DNA from: Eledone cirrhosa
Lineage: Eukaryota
Length of the DNA stretch: 64,000 nt
Direction of reading: 5' to 3'
Assembly: GCA_964016885.1 (NCBI GenBank)
Contig: OZ024743.1
Span: 55,242,001-55,306,000 of the forward strand
The translations under genes and the position numbers were made by a program. The notes beneath the pieces were generated by a model, which did no database searches, was not told the origin of the DNA, and saw nothing but the letters and a program-made list of their open reading frames with translations. This document shows, in pieces, positions 41,121-58,439 of this stretch. Each line of letters opens with the position of its first letter. Within the stretch, counting starts at the first letter, position 1.

Positions 41121-41952
41121 GATGTGTTGATGTTGTGGATGGTTGCGATGTTGTTCACTGTCTCAGTGGTATTGTGTCGTTGTTGCGGTGTTGTTGATTG
41201 TTGTGGTATTGTGCTGTTGTGGGTGATATTTGTTGATGTTATGATGTTGATTGTTGTTGTTTCGTTGGCGACTGCGTCGGTAGTGTTGTGGTTTTGTTCT
41301 GTTGTGGTTTTGTTCTGTTGTGGTTGATGTTTGATGATGTTGTGATGTTGTTGATGGTTGTGGTGATGAGGTATTGTTGGTGATGTTTGATGGTGTTGTG
41401 GCGTTGTTGATGGTGGTGGTGTTGTGGTACTGTTGGTAATGTTTGGTTGTGTCGTGTTGTTGATGGTTGTGGTGTTCTTGACCGCGTCGTTGGTGTTGTG
41501 GTATTGTTCTGTTGTGGGTGATACCTGATGGTGCTGTGGTATTACTGATGCTGGTGGTGTTTTGGTGTTGTTGACTACGTCGATGGTGTTGTGGTTTTGT
41601 TCTGTTATTGTTGTTGGTTATATTGTGGCGTGGTTGGTGTTGTGGTGTTGTTGGTGATGTTTGTTGGTGTTGTGGTACTGTTTGTTGGTGTTGTGGTGTT
41701 GTTGGTGATGTTTGTTGGTGCTGTTTGTTGGTGTTGTGGTGTTGTTCATGATGTTTGTTGGTGTTGTGGTGCTGTTTGTTGGTGTTGTGATGCTGTTTGT
41801 TGGTGTTGTGGTGCTGTTTGTTGGTGTTGTGGTGCTGTTTGTTGGTGTTGTGGTGCTGTTTGTTGGTGTTGTGGTGTTGTTAACGGCGTTGATAATATTG
41901 TGATATTGTAGTATTGTGACCTGGTAAAAGTAGAAACTGGAATTAAAATAAT

Positions 41953-42130
41953 TGTTTCTACTTTTAGCACAAGGCCAGCAATTACCCAGTGCATTACTGG
42001 TACTTTATTTTATCGACCCCATAAGGATGAAAGGCAAAGTTAACCTCGGCGGGATTTGAACTCAGAATGACAAGGGCCATACGTCAAAGCATGACGTCCG
42101 ACCCTCTACCGATACTGCCAATCCACCGCC
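41953..42130 (-). mobile_element. SINE family A, full length
   Basis: 16-bp TSD CTGGAATTAAAATAAT (41937-41952 / 42131-42146). Confidence 0.92.
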
Positions 42131-43309
42131 CTGGAATTAAAATAATGGTGACGTTGGTGATGTCCCTTTTACTATTGATAATGAAGGTGATGTTGATGTT
42201 GATAGTGGTGGTTGTGTTGTTGTTGTTGTAACTGGTGGGGGTGGTGGGGGTGGTTAAGGTGGTAGTAGAGATAGCGATGTGACAGTGATGTGTTGTTAGT
42301 GGTACTGATTGTGTTGGAGGAGGTAATGATGATGTTGGTGATGGTGGTTGTTATGATCGTGGTGGTGATGGTGGTGGTGGTACTATTGTAGATTATCACG
42401 ATGATGATGATGATGGTAGAGTCTGATTGTGGTGATGGTGCTGATGATGATTTTAATGGTGGTGGAAGAGAATGTAATGATGATGATAATATAGGATGGT
42501 AGCAGTGATGGTGATGGCGGTAGTGGTGTTGATGATGATGCTGGTGGTGGTGGTGATGGTGATGGTGATGATGATGGTGCTGGGTGATGATGAAGATGGT
42601 GATGGTGATGATGATGGTGGCGATGGTGTTGTTGGGAGTGGTGTTGACGGTTTTTGTCATGATAATGATGGTAGTGGGGGTGATGATCAAGATGGTGATG
42701 GTAATGGTGATGGTGTTGATAGTGATGATGATGATAAAGGTGGTGGTGATAACGATGATGATGGTGGTGGTGGCGATGATGAAGATGATGATAATGATGA
42801 TGATAGTGGGGTGATGGGGATGATGGAGATGATGGTGATAGTGGTGATGACGATGATGATGATGATGATGATGGTGGTGGTGTTGACTGTAATGGTGGTG
42901 GTGGTGGTGTTAACTGTAATGGTGGTGATGGTGGTGTGGTGGAGGTGGTATAATAATTAGCTCGGTGACAATAAAACAATCTTGCTAGTGATTTATATTA
43001 GCGAAGGGATGAACTAATTGTTAATTCTTTGTTTGGTTTGATTGTTCCATTCTTTGTCTCATTGTCTCTGCTTGTCTGTTTGTTTTTGAACGCAGAGAAT
43101 GGTTAAAATTTAAGACCAAAAAGTCCTTGTGTGTATACGTATGTATGTGTTATACATAGGCGTGGCTGGGTGGTTAAAAAGTTCCATTCGCAATCATAAA
43201 GTCACAGGTTCGACATCACTACATGTTTTAGTGAGGTTTTAGAATTGTTTATAAAAAGGAAGGTAAGTAAATGTATTCGTGAGTAAATAATAATAATAAT
43301 ATAATAATG

Positions 43310-43520
43310 ATTTCTAGTATGGGCACAAGGCCAGTAATTTGGGGGGAGGGGAAAGTCGATTAAATCGGCCCCAGTACGTTACTGGTACTTTATTTTATCG
43401 ATCCCGTAAGGATGAAAGGGAAAGTTAACCTCGGCGGGATTTGAACTCAGACCATAAAAGGATGTAATTCTCGCTGCAAAGCATGGTGTCTGATGCTCTA
43501 CCAATACTGCCAATCCACCG
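43310..43520 (-). mobile_element. SINE family A (long-tail variant)
   Basis: Family motifs plus a GTCGATTTAATCGACTTTCCCC-type segment. Similar + strand copies at 47890-48250, 50660-51090 and 54665-55003, and a - strand copy at 61780-62010. Confidence 0.85.
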
Positions 43521-43538
43521 GCTTGGTTGTTGTAATAA

Positions 43539-43784
43539 AAACAAAATTTATTTTCGCTCTAACATAGTAGATACGTAAATGTATTCGTGAGAGTATAATA
43601 ATATTATTAATAATCGGTTCCTTCAACCGCTGGAAAAAAAGAATGATGTAAGTCATCTAAGAACAACATATGGTGTTATGAGGATTTTTGCTTGCAAACG
43701 AACCGAATATTTATAATATTATTATTATTGTCTCACGAATACATTTAGGTATCCACTATGTTAGAGCGAAAATAAATTTTGTTT
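43539..43784. repeat. Inverted repeat, ~82-bp arms (43539-43620 / 43700-43784)
   Basis: ACAAAATTTATTTTCGCTCTAACATAGT..TATTCGTGAGA is mirrored with few mismatches. Confidence 0.85.
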
Positions 43785-44254
43785 ATAAGATAAGGGAAAC
43801 TTTACAATAAACTTCAGGGTGTGTTTATTCGATATAATAAGTGGTTAATAACTTTGCAATGTTGAGGCTTTGTGTTCATCTCCACTGTTTGGTATCTTGA
43901 GCAAGTGTCATTTAGCATAGCCTTGAATCGACTCAAACATGGTGAACCAAAATAGGTAGACATAAACGTTTTTAAAGCTTATTGGAATAACTGTTGATAC
44001 TTGTATTTGTGGCAGCATTCACCCAGGGTAGATTGAGCCGGCTACATCAAAGGAATTCAGAGTGTAACTTCATTTCAATGCAGTTTCTTCGGGCGATTGA
44101 TTTCACAAGTGGTGCCCAGCCGCAAGTATGTGCTTTTTAGGATAGTGAAATTCAAGCCTTGCATCGGTTATAGCATCGAGCTCAGGCTTTCACTCCCAAC
44201 ACAATTTGTGTTTATCACCTCTGCCGTCGGAGGTCCAATATACAACATATGCAT

Positions 44255-44648
44255 ATATTCGCGAGTCCCAAATGAAATGGGTAGATAAGCGGTGCACTGG
44301 AATCTGTAATTTTTCTTGGTTGTCTCAATTGAGTTTTTTGAAAACCAGAATTAGTCATTTAGTTTACATATTGAGATCACAATCCATCCTATTTATTTTA
44401 CAGCGTATGGGGTTTCTAGTAATGTACATTTTTTGTCATGTACCATGTTTTTTAATGTATAAAAACAATTAATTAGCACAGGAAGGCTACCACATAAAAT
44501 AAAATTTCACCGGAGATATATTAGCAGCATTTAATAAGTGGGGGTTGGAATAAGAGCGGGAGGGTGGGTGAAATAAGAGCGACGGCGATGGAAAAGATTT
44601 GAAAAATTAATAAGCGGGAGGGGACGATTATTCGAAACGCGAGAGTAC
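44255..44648. mobile_element. Probable non-autonomous DNA transposon (Tc1/pogo-like); partial inverted copy at ~47690-47885
   Basis: Degenerate TA-flanked termini TATTCGCGAGTCCCAAAT / ATTATTCGAAACGCGAGAGTA. The internal ATATGTAAACTAAA.GACTAATTCT block and AATAAG-GGG motifs are shared with 47690-47885. Confidence 0.5.
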
Positions 44649-44702
44649 ACATGTATGTATTTATGTATGTATGTATATATATATATACATATATATATTA
44701 TT

Positions 44703-45279
44703 GTCAGGTCACCAGTTGGTGCTACTGGTAACATGTATCCCAGTACAGCCTGTCCCATGGTCGGGTCGTTGGCGACTAAACTGGCAACCCCACCTAGGTT
44801 TCTTGGTGAGGAGGGTGACTTTGGACATTCTGCAGGACTAAAAACAAAACCTGTCAAAGGGCAAAGGAGCTCTTAAGAGTCAATGGCCATCCAAAATCAC
44901 CGGGAGAGATGACCCCTTAGTCTTTGTCAAGGCAGAATTCTAGGAGAAGGAAAACTCTGATATAACACCTGTAACCCTGATGGTATCCAATGATGTTGAC
45001 TTGTTCTTCTTTTTGGTAAATGTCATCTTGGTTAAGAGTGTGGGACTGGCTTTGTGCAGTGCATTTTCTCACTATAAAAGCTTCACGACACAGGCATTGC
45101 TTTATATCTGGAGATCTCTCTGCACTTGTCGTCACATGGTACCATGGGCCCAGCACTATGTGTCAATAATTGTCACAAGTGTAGTGTTTGTACCAGAGTT
45201 TTCAAGTCGCTGGCTAGACTAAAAAGTCACACTTGTTCAGCGCATCGGTAGGTGTTCTCGAAAACGAGTTGGCAGCCAC

Positions 45280-45280
<1 letters not shown>
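44703..45280 (+). mobile_element. Bipartite RTE-derived element, most complete 5' end
   Basis: Highly similar to 6288-6878, with an additional 5' GTCAGGTCACCAGTT. Confidence 0.85.
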
Positions 45281-45352
<72 letters not shown>

Positions 45353-45671
45353 CTATGTGATTTACGATATATCTATGTATGTATATTTTTATGGAGTTTT
45401 ATGTATTGTATATTTATATATTCTTTATCCATCTAATTACCATTTTTTTTTCCTGTGTCCTACTTACACATATATTTAATGAAAAATGGACTCATCTATT
45501 GTTTCTGAAGATAAACATCAGATTGAATCTACTTCTTCGAAACTAATGGTATGGAGTTGCTTAACTGCCATCGATCAATCTACACATCAATAATTTTACG
45601 TTCTGAAACGATGGTAATGTATATTGGATTAATTAACTACCTCGTCTTGACTTATTCATTCATTGACTAAT

Positions 45672-45880
45672 CCTGAAAAGTTCCTGGCTTGATCGCAGCT
45701 ACAGAAGCCTGGTTGGTATCCCAACCTTCCAAGTTCTTTTTACAAGGCATAGAAAAACTGAAAGACCGCTGCAATAACTGTGTGAATCTGACAGGGGAAT
45801 ATATTGAATAAAATCATAATTAACTGATCCTCTGGTATTTTATTTTACCCAAAGCCAGGAACTTTTCAGCACTCTCTCGT
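45672..45880 (+). mobile_element. Internally deleted mariner element
   Basis: TIR pieces CTGAAAAGTTCCTGGCTT / AAGCCAGGAACTTTTCAG. Retains the transposase C-terminus FFLQGIEKLKDRCNNCVNLTGEYIE*. Confidence 0.85.
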
Positions 45881-45899
45881 GTGTGTATATATATATGTA

Positions 45900-45949
<50 letters not shown>

Positions 45950-45968
45950 TACATATATATATACATAC

Positions 45969-46020
<52 letters not shown>

Positions 46021-46041
46021 GTATGTATATATATATATGTA

Positions 46042-46138
<97 letters not shown>

Positions 46139-48786
46139 TATCAATAATAAAAGACAGTGAAAACAAACACGAAATACATACACACACACATACACACGCA
46201 TACATACATACATACATACATATATACATACATACTTATGTCTTTATTGTCTGATTGAAGAATATCCATCAATAGATATATACAATTTTAGGGGAGAAGA
46301 GGAGACAAAATGAGAGAATTAGAGAATTTGTTGTAAAAGGTTGACATTTGCTTCAAATATTTTAATATCTAACGGTGGACATTGGTAAGACGACTGCTAA
46401 GACATTCATCAATATACAAGAACAATCTTCATTTTTGGGAAATACTGAGCTTAACTAAAGGTTAACTCGAAAGGTTAACACGGGTTCTGTATTCTTGGTG
46501 GGGGGGGGGGTCTTATGTCGATTTAACTGCACATAAAGTTTGTTCTTTTATTTGTTTTCAATTGCACGTATATGTTATTGTTTTCGTTGCTATTATTACT
46601 GTTAGTTTCATGTATACATTATTGTTGTTAGTCTTATAAATATGTCGTCGTTGTTGTTGTTGTTAGTCTTCAGAAATGGCCGTCTTATATTATCATCTTG
46701 TCTTGCTTAATGCTTCAATCAAGCCGGATTTTATTCAGCTCACGCAACAGGGATAAATAAATACATTGAATTGTTTGGATTTTTGTCATCAGATGCATCC
46801 ATCAATTTATCATTAGGATCTATTGAAACCAGACGAGGGGATAAAGCTAATGGCGTCATTCTTCCATTTTCGAACGTTATTAGAGGAGAGAAGTGATAAG
46901 TAAAATGTAATAGCTATAACAGGGAATCGAAATTATTTCGTTGATTTTCATCAGCAGGAGGTTATGTTTTATTGATCTCAACCCGTTGTGAAAGCTCGTA
47001 GCTTAGGAGTTAAGGTGTTCGTGTAATAATTGTAAGGTCGAGAGTTCAATTTCTGAACCGGCCGGCGCGTTGTATCTTCTAGGAAGACATGTTATTTTAA
47101 GTTGCTCCAGATCATTGAACGTGAAAGAGAGGAATTGAACCTCCTCCTTCTTCTTATTCTTCTTCTTGAGATGGTCGTGGAGTCAGGGTACGTAAACTCT
47201 CCTTCCAGCAATCCTGTCAGAAGCAACAATCTCCAACTGATTCAGCTGAAGAAGATTGATCAAACAGCTAGGACAATCACTCTTGTAACCGACGGAGCTC
47301 CGACACAATGCAACATAAATTTTCTGCTATAGAAACTAGCCCAGCCACTTGCACGTTAATTTCACGAGCAGGTTGTTTAGTTCTTAAAAAAACTGGAAGA
47401 CTCATCGTCGTAGCCGACGAAGGTTACAACAACACCACCATCACCGGCCACATCTTGCTGGGAAAGAAATAATGTTACCCAATCGATTTTAACTATCTCT
47501 TCTGTGGAAGTATGTACTTTCTGGTATCGAATGCCTCCCACCTATTAATTTTTCAGATCTCCGTCGCCTGAGCTTTATTACATTTTGCTAATCTGTTTCT
47601 GGCGAAATTTTATTTTAAGTGGTTGCATTCCTGCGACATCTAATTTTCTGTAGACATTAAGAAATATTATGCATGATAAATAAAGTACACTACTAGAAAT
47701 CAAATATATTATAAAATATATAGGATGGGCTGGGGTCCCTATATGTAAACTAAACGACTAATTCTAGTTTTTAAAAACATCAACGGAGACAATCAAGAAA
47801 AATTACCGATTTTTCACCCACTCACCTCTTATTCCACCCACCCCCGCTTCTTCCACCCACCCCCACTTATTCCAACCCACCCCCTATCAAGGTGTAAGAA
47901 CGTCGGATAGAATGCTTTGCAGTAGTCATTCCAGCTTTCTTATCTCTGACTTCAAATCTCGGTGATGTCAACTTTGCTTTTCATTATTTTGGGGTCGATA
48001 AGAGCGGTGGATTGGCAGAATTGGTAGAGCGTCGGACAAAATGCTTTGCAGGAAAGAGTTATGGCCCTTTACGTTCTGAATTTAAATCCTGCCGAGGTTA
48101 ACTTTGCCTTTCATCCTTACGGGGGGTCGATAAGATAAAGCACCAGTAATGTACTGGGGTCTATTTAATCGACTTCGCCCTCCCCAAATTACTGGCCTTG
48201 TACCTATATAAGAAATCATTATTTTGGGGTCGATAAAAAAATGATACCAGTCTAGTACTGGGATCGATTCTTCCTTTATGTCTCTTTCTCACTCCCTCCC
48301 TCTCATTTTCTGTGCTTCTCTGGAAAAAGATTGCTGTGTTCAGACCTAGAGATGGTCTCTGTCAGGCTTGAAATGCCCAAGAAACGCCGTATGTCACTAC
48401 AGCGTTCCTACGACTCCACCGGGAGTTACCGGACCATGCATGCAAGAATGTATAATACTCGTCGTCTGAACAGATGGCAGTCCAGCTCAGTAACAAACTA
48501 AACAGTAATATTTTCAATATTTTCAGTATTTCTTTGTTTCAAATCTTCACTAGAGAATATCTGGTATATATAGCATTCGAAATATCCTGTATTAGTCTTA
48601 TAGTGTGTTCAATTCCGATTTATGTCCAGAAAAATAAATAGTTTATCAATGTTAATCGTCATTTCATGGCTGAAATACAAATATCTATGTCATCTTTTTT
48701 CTATCAAATTATCAATCACTGTCATATTTGCAATAATTGGTGAGAAACAATATCGACCTCTGTTGGGGAAACACTTCCATGCAGAA

Positions 48787-50270
<1,484 letters not shown>

Positions 50271-51300
50271 CATACACTTTCAAATGTAAGTTTGTCAACG
50301 GATTATCTATATATATGATTAAGTGTGTGATAACTTCAATTGAAGTAATGCCACTGTCCTTGTCTACATTTCTGAGCTATATTTACTATATTGAGATATG
50401 TTTGTATATTGTTGAGATCAACGCTGAAGCTCTATACGGATCAACTCAATGTTCACTTTATACTTTTCTATATTTAACAACTCTTCCAGTCAGATAACGA
50501 AAGAAATTACGGATGTTTTACTGATGCTGCTGCTATTGATGCTGCTTATACTGCTGCTGCTACTGCTGCTGCTGCTGCTTCTATCCATTAATTTCAAGTT
50601 TTTATTGATTTGTATCTTTTGTAAATAATTTATTAAGCTTTCATTATTAATGGACATGAAAGGGTGGTGGATTGGCAGTATCAGTAGAGAGTCGGACAAC
50701 AATGCTTTACAGCATAGAGTTATGGCGCTTTATGATCTGAGTTCAATTCCCGCCGAGGTTAACTTTGCTTTTCATCCTTACGTGGTCGCTAAAATAAAGA
50801 ACCAGTCATGCACTGGGGTCGATTTAATCGACTTTCCCCTCCCCAAAAAATTGCTGACCTTGTGCTTATATAAGAAACCATTATTAATGGACATAAAAAG
50901 GGCGGTGGCTTTGCAGCATAGAGTTAGGGCCCTTTCTGATCTGAGTTCAAATCCCACCGAGGTTAACTTTGCCTTTCATCCTTACGGGGTCGATAAAATA
51001 AAGTACGAGTCAGGCACTGGGGTCGATTTAATCGACTTCCCCTCCCGCACAAAAAAAATTGTTGGCGTTGTGCTTAAATCAGAAAGCATTATTCTAGCTC
51101 AGCTACCAAGAATGAGATGAAAGCATAGTTCTGAGGGTCAGATTGTCATACATTTTTTGACACTGAATCTCCCTCGGAACTAGATCAAGTATATACCTGT
51201 CGTTTTTTTTTTATATTTAAAGATTATTTTTTCTTTAATCCGATAAAATGAATACTTTTCATGTTCGTTTAGGGATATAGAAAGACGTATAGGTAACTGG

Positions 51301-51415
<115 letters not shown>

Positions 51416-51566
51416 ACACGGGTGTGTATGATTGTGTATAGAAGATTATATTAATAAGAGGAATTCCAACTTTGTCTGATTTACTCGTTTTATTTACAAT
51501 CCTTTAAAATTTATAATGGTATTATAATGAAATAGTATGATAGAATATTAAATGTTAAGTGTTAAT

Positions 51567-51605
51567 TGAACAAGTACTTTCATGCTTTCGCAATCTTCAG
51601 GTTCA
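51567..51605 (-). ncRNA. Minimal hammerhead ribozyme motif (left arm)
   Basis: TGAAC-CTGAAGA-TTGC GAAA GCAT-GAAAGTACT-T-GTTCA. Stem II is capped by GNRA and stem III is the palindrome AGTACT. Confidence 0.8.
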
Positions 51606-51682
51606 TATTCAGTGGTGACAGTCAAGTTTGCAATTTTCAACTGACAGTTGAAAATTGCAAACTTGACTGTCACCACACATTA

Positions 51683-51721
51683 TGAATCTGAAGATTGTGA
51701 AAGCATGAAAGTACTTGTTCA
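51683..51721 (+). ncRNA. Minimal hammerhead ribozyme motif (right arm)
   Basis: TGAAT-CTGAAGA-TTGT GAAA GCAT-GAAAGTACT-T-GTTCA. Both differences from the left copy give G-U wobbles. Confidence 0.78.
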
Positions 51722-51887
51722 ATTAACACTTAACATTTAATATTCTATCACACTATTTCATTATAATACCATTATAAATTTTAAAGGATTGTAAATAAAA
51801 CGAGTAAATCAGACAAAGTTGGAATTCCTCTTATTAATATAATCTTCTATACACAATCATACACACCCGTGTATATTTATCTCTCTA

Positions 51888-51952
<65 letters not shown>

Positions 51953-52457
51953 CTCTTTCCTCATACATGCATTATTGACTGTATTGACTCCTGCATTGTA
52001 CACCAATTGTCCTTGCTTATAACTTCTTTCCCTATGTTTTTTGCTTCTCATTTTTTTGCTTGCGCTTTTTGCTATTACTTATACCTATTACACTTCCAAC
52101 CAGTGCTGCCCGTAATTGTGCTATTTGAAGCCGAACATCTTTTTAACTCCTGAATCTCCACATGGTGCCTTTGACACTAATAACAACTATGCACCCTAAA
52201 TGTTCTAAATGACTAGGATTCTAGTTACACGTTTTCGACATTCCTTATGCCTCGATGAACCCAGACTTCCCTCTGGAAGAAACAATTGTCAGCTAATAAA
52301 TATTCTAAACTAAAATTTGATCGTTTTAACACTTTGTATCCCGGCTCTGTAAAACACTTGAAAATTATCATTCAGCTTTTTGTCATACCGGTAACCGGCT
52401 AGTACTTAGTACTACCCTACATATTTATAGTTATATCAAACATATATAAATATAAAT

Positions 52458-52526
<69 letters not shown>

Positions 52527-52585
52527 TAAGTATTTCCGTGGAAAAGGTAAAGAATAGTGCTCTATGTATAGTACAGAGCTATTTA

Positions 52586-52772
52586 ATTATGTAATAAACA
52601 ACACAATATAATTATTCAATTTCCCAAGGTTTCACGAAGTTAGATGATTCTAACAGAGGCGTCTGAAGTCGATCATCAGATAGGAACGACTTCAGACGCC
52701 TCTGTTAGAATCGTCTGACTTCGTGAAACCTTGGGTAATAGAATAATTATATTGTGTTGTTTTTTACATAAT
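52586..52772. repeat. Inverted repeat, ~86-bp arms, 15-nt spacer
   Basis: ..CCCAAGGTTTCACGAAGT..AACAGAGGCGTCTGAAGTCG is mirrored by CGACTTCAGACGCCTCTGTT..ACTTCGTGAAACCTTGGG. Confidence 0.9.
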
Positions 52773-52785
52773 ATATAAATACATG

Positions 52786-52863
<78 letters not shown>

Positions 52864-53139
52864 GTATATATATATATGTATTATTTATATATATATATTC
52901 ACGAATTTTTGGTGGTTTCTGGCTGTTTGGTATCAAAGGGTTTGAATTAAATGAATGCGATTAACATCGGAACTTTGGTTTATAGTCAACATCTGATTCT
53001 CACTTTAGCGTTGTAAATATCGTGGCGGAATTTGAGTGTTGCTCTGTGATGTTTATACACACGTACAATCACACACAGATACACACATGCTAACGTTTAT
53101 CTATACAAACACTCATATGTACATCTACTTACACACACA

Positions 53140-53204
<65 letters not shown>

Positions 53205-53256
53205 ACACACATCTACACCCATTCTAATATTTATCTACACAAACACTCATATGTAC

Positions 53257-53312
<56 letters not shown>

Positions 53313-53665
53313 ACACACATACAAGCACACATAGAAACACACAGATACAGACACACAATCACACATCTACACACATGCTAAACTGTATCTACACAAACAC
53401 TCATATGTACATCTACATACACACACACACACACACATACATACAAGCACACACAGATACACTCAAACAATCATACACAGACACATACACACTGACATAC
53501 ACATAGCCACACACACACACATACAAACACACAAACACACACACTTTTTCGTAATCACACGAACGACGCGTAATGTGTAACATTGTACTTACACAATGTA
53601 TATGCATGTGCCTATATAAATATATATATTGTGTGTAAGTGTGTGTGTGTGAGAGAGGGAGAGAG

Positions 53666-53701
<36 letters not shown>

Positions 53702-53709
53702 AAGAGAGA

Positions 53710-53792
<83 letters not shown>

Positions 53793-54006
53793 TGTGTGTG
53801 TGTGTGTGTGTGTTTGAAATCCATGCTTTTTTCAAATCTGTCTAAATTGAAGATATGCTTATGGGCACAAATATTTGCATACAATCACACACACACGCAT
53901 ATATATATGTGTGTGTGTGTTCAAATATATATATGTATGTATACACACACACACACACACATACACACTCACATACTCACACTCACAGACACTCACACAC
54001 ACACAC

Positions 54007-54040
<34 letters not shown>

Positions 54041-54184
54041 GCATGTATATACACACACACATATATATATACATACACATATATTATATATATATATAAA
54101 TCATATATATATATATATACACACATATATATATATATACATACACATACATATATATATATACGTATATACATATATATATGC

Positions 54185-54222
<38 letters not shown>

Positions 54223-55309
54223 TATACAGCTGGGGGTATGTCTCCATGTATGTTTGTATGTATGTGTGTGCAGGAGCCATCAATTTCTATTAAATTTGAA
54301 GATGATTTGATAAGAAGCGCATAAGAAACAAAGCCTGCGGATAGACTCCTAGTTCAGTGTCTACCCTTTACATACCGGTTACACATCCGTGTAAGTTAAC
54401 GGGGATCACCTGCAATTGTTTAAGTCGTTAACTTCTGCGCAAAAGCGTGAAACCATTTACAGCGCTGGCGCAATAAAATATCTGTGTGTGTTCCGACTGT
54501 TGCTATGAAGACGTAGTTATATATATAGAGAGAGTGCTTTGTTTTATAATTGAAAGTGATGAGGAATTGCTTAACATTTAGGCTGCTCTGCTAATGATCA
54601 AAAGAACTGCGGTTCGATTCCTTGTAGTATAATATGTCCTTGACATAGGCACCCACTTTAGTTGTCATTAGTATCGGTAGAGGGTCAGAGGCATGCTTTG
54701 CAGCATAGGGTTACGCCCCTTTATAGTCTGAGTTCAAATCCCGCCGAGGTTAACTTTACCTTTCATCCTTACGGGGTCGATAAAATAAAGGACAAGTAAT
54801 GCATTGGGGTAATTGTTGGCCTTGTGCCAAATGTAGAAACAATTATTCTTTACGTTCTGCGTTCAAATCCCGAATCAGTTATCTTTGCCTTTCATCCTTA
54901 CAGGGTCGATAAAGTAAAGTATCAGTAATGCACTGGAGTCGATTTAATCGACTTTTCCCTCCCAAAAAAATTGTTGGCCTTGTGCTTAAATCAGAAATCA
55001 TTATTCTAGCTCAGCTACCAAGAAAGAAATGAAAGCATAGTTCTGCGGGTCAGATTGTCATACATTTTTGACATTGAATCTCCCTCGGAACTACATCAAC
55101 TATATACCTGTCGTTTTTTATTATATTTAAAGATCATTTTTTCTTTAATCCGACAAAAAGAATACTTTTTATGTTCGTTTAGGGATATAGAAAGACGTAT
55201 AGGTAACTGGATAGATAGGCATACAGAATGGTCAGGTCTTTGATACTGGCAGGTACGTTAATTTGTTAACGACAGCAACAGTTGACTAATAAAATAACAA
55301 GTCAGTCAA

Positions 55310-55500
55310 TCATATTGATGGCCTCCCCACAGCCCCGGTGGACAGAATGGATAAGACGTTTCCCCGGAGGACGGCAAGGTAGACGCACTGGAAAATCCAT
55401 TCCAGCTCGCGAGTTTCACAACTGCGGCTGGCCAGCTCAGCGCCTATGGTGGTGAGTAGGGAGGTAGCCCTAGGGCCGAGGACACCAGAAGTCTCCACTG
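55310..55500 (-). pseudogene. CRE-like non-LTR retrotransposon endonuclease C-terminal fragment
   Basis: ETSGVLGPRA..LL..IG..LA....RE..WIFQ...AVLRGN..SIL, resembling the CRE-clade RLE C-terminus. Second copy at 62395-62640. Confidence 0.7.
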
Positions 55501-55991
55501 GTCATTAGAATATGCAGTCATTTACACTTTTCTTTCACGTGCAAACTCATCGACGGAACTATTGGTGGTTAATTCCATGTATATTTTCAGTTATGAGTGT
55601 TGTGACTAAGCATTGCACAGACACACGTTATCTCACAGTTCGATACAACGTGACACAATGTTTAACAAGGTTGGTTGGTACTTTGTATTGCAGTTATAAC
55701 TCATATATTTCTAGCTGAGTAGACTTGAGCAACGTGTATTAAAGATCATTACTGAAGGACATAATACGCCGCTGGGATTCAAATCCCCGACCTTTTGCTC
55801 GGTGGCCGGTCACCCTAAACAATAAGCCACGCACTCTGTAAATAAACACTTTAAAGTATTTTTCAAATAGCTTTCCGCAATGTTACAAAATCTTTCTTTC
55901 GAGTTAACTGTAAAGATTTTCTTTTTAAATTGACTGTTAAATATAAATGAAAATAAAGTTACCAGTTTTTGTGCGATTATGTGTGTGTGTT

Positions 55992-56069
<78 letters not shown>

Positions 56070-56100
56070 GTATATAATATATGTATATATATATAGTACA

Positions 56101-56135
<35 letters not shown>

Positions 56136-56177
56136 AATGTGTGTGTATGTCACTATATATTTATGTGCATATGCCAC

Positions 56178-57501
<1,324 letters not shown>

Positions 57502-57989
57502 TATTACGTGAATGCGTGTGGTACTAAAGATATATGTATATATGAATCACTATATACATACATGTGTGTTGGGGGGGGGGGGGGGAGCAAGTTGAAATGA
57601 GTCAATGACCAGGTTGCGAATAGAGCCATGAAAATGTTGACTCCAAGAAATAAGTGATGAATGTAAAGTAAAGTTAGCTGTCTTTTGAATGACTAAAATG
57701 ATTCTTCCATGATGTAATTGCCTTAATTTCATCACACCGCCTCAGATTAATTCATTTTTCCGTCTCATCCCTCAGCATTTTCTCCCGTTAGTGCAATGGC
57801 CTCTGGAGTATGAGGTGGAGAAGAAGCGGGGGAAGGAGGAGGGGCAGAGCGGAGGAGGGGAGGAAGAAGGAAGGGAGGGCAAGAAGAAGAAGAGTATGAG
57901 ACTAAGAATGAAATGCGTCTGGATGGAAGGTCTAGTTATTATTTATGTGGCACTATGTGTGTGGGTGACAATATATGTATATATATATA

Positions 57990-58038
<49 letters not shown>

Positions 58039-58072
58039 TATCGGTGTTCGTACGTCTTTATAGATATATGTA

Positions 58073-58139
<67 letters not shown>

Positions 58140-58439
58140 GTGTGTGTGCGTGTGTGCGTGCGCCTGTGTTTGTGTGTGCATGAGAGAGAGATGAGAGAGA
58201 TTGAGTGTAAGTATATAATATAATATATACATTTATATATATATATGTATATATACATGTATGCGTGTGGAGTAAAGTGGAAATTAAATGATGTTGACAC
58301 TAGATAGGCGATATTCAGTGAAAGAACGCTGTAAATGTCAGCTTTCATTGACTTACCTTAAACAAGCAACGGTGGCTGTGGTGTCGTGTGTGTTATTATC
58401 TGCCCCTTGTTAGCTACTAAAAAAACAACAACACAAACA

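Noticed and set aside
45500-45560. CTGAAGA...GAAA hammerhead candidate (also 46930-46960 on - and 11070-11095 on -)
   Set aside because: Stem I and/or stem II do not pair convincingly.
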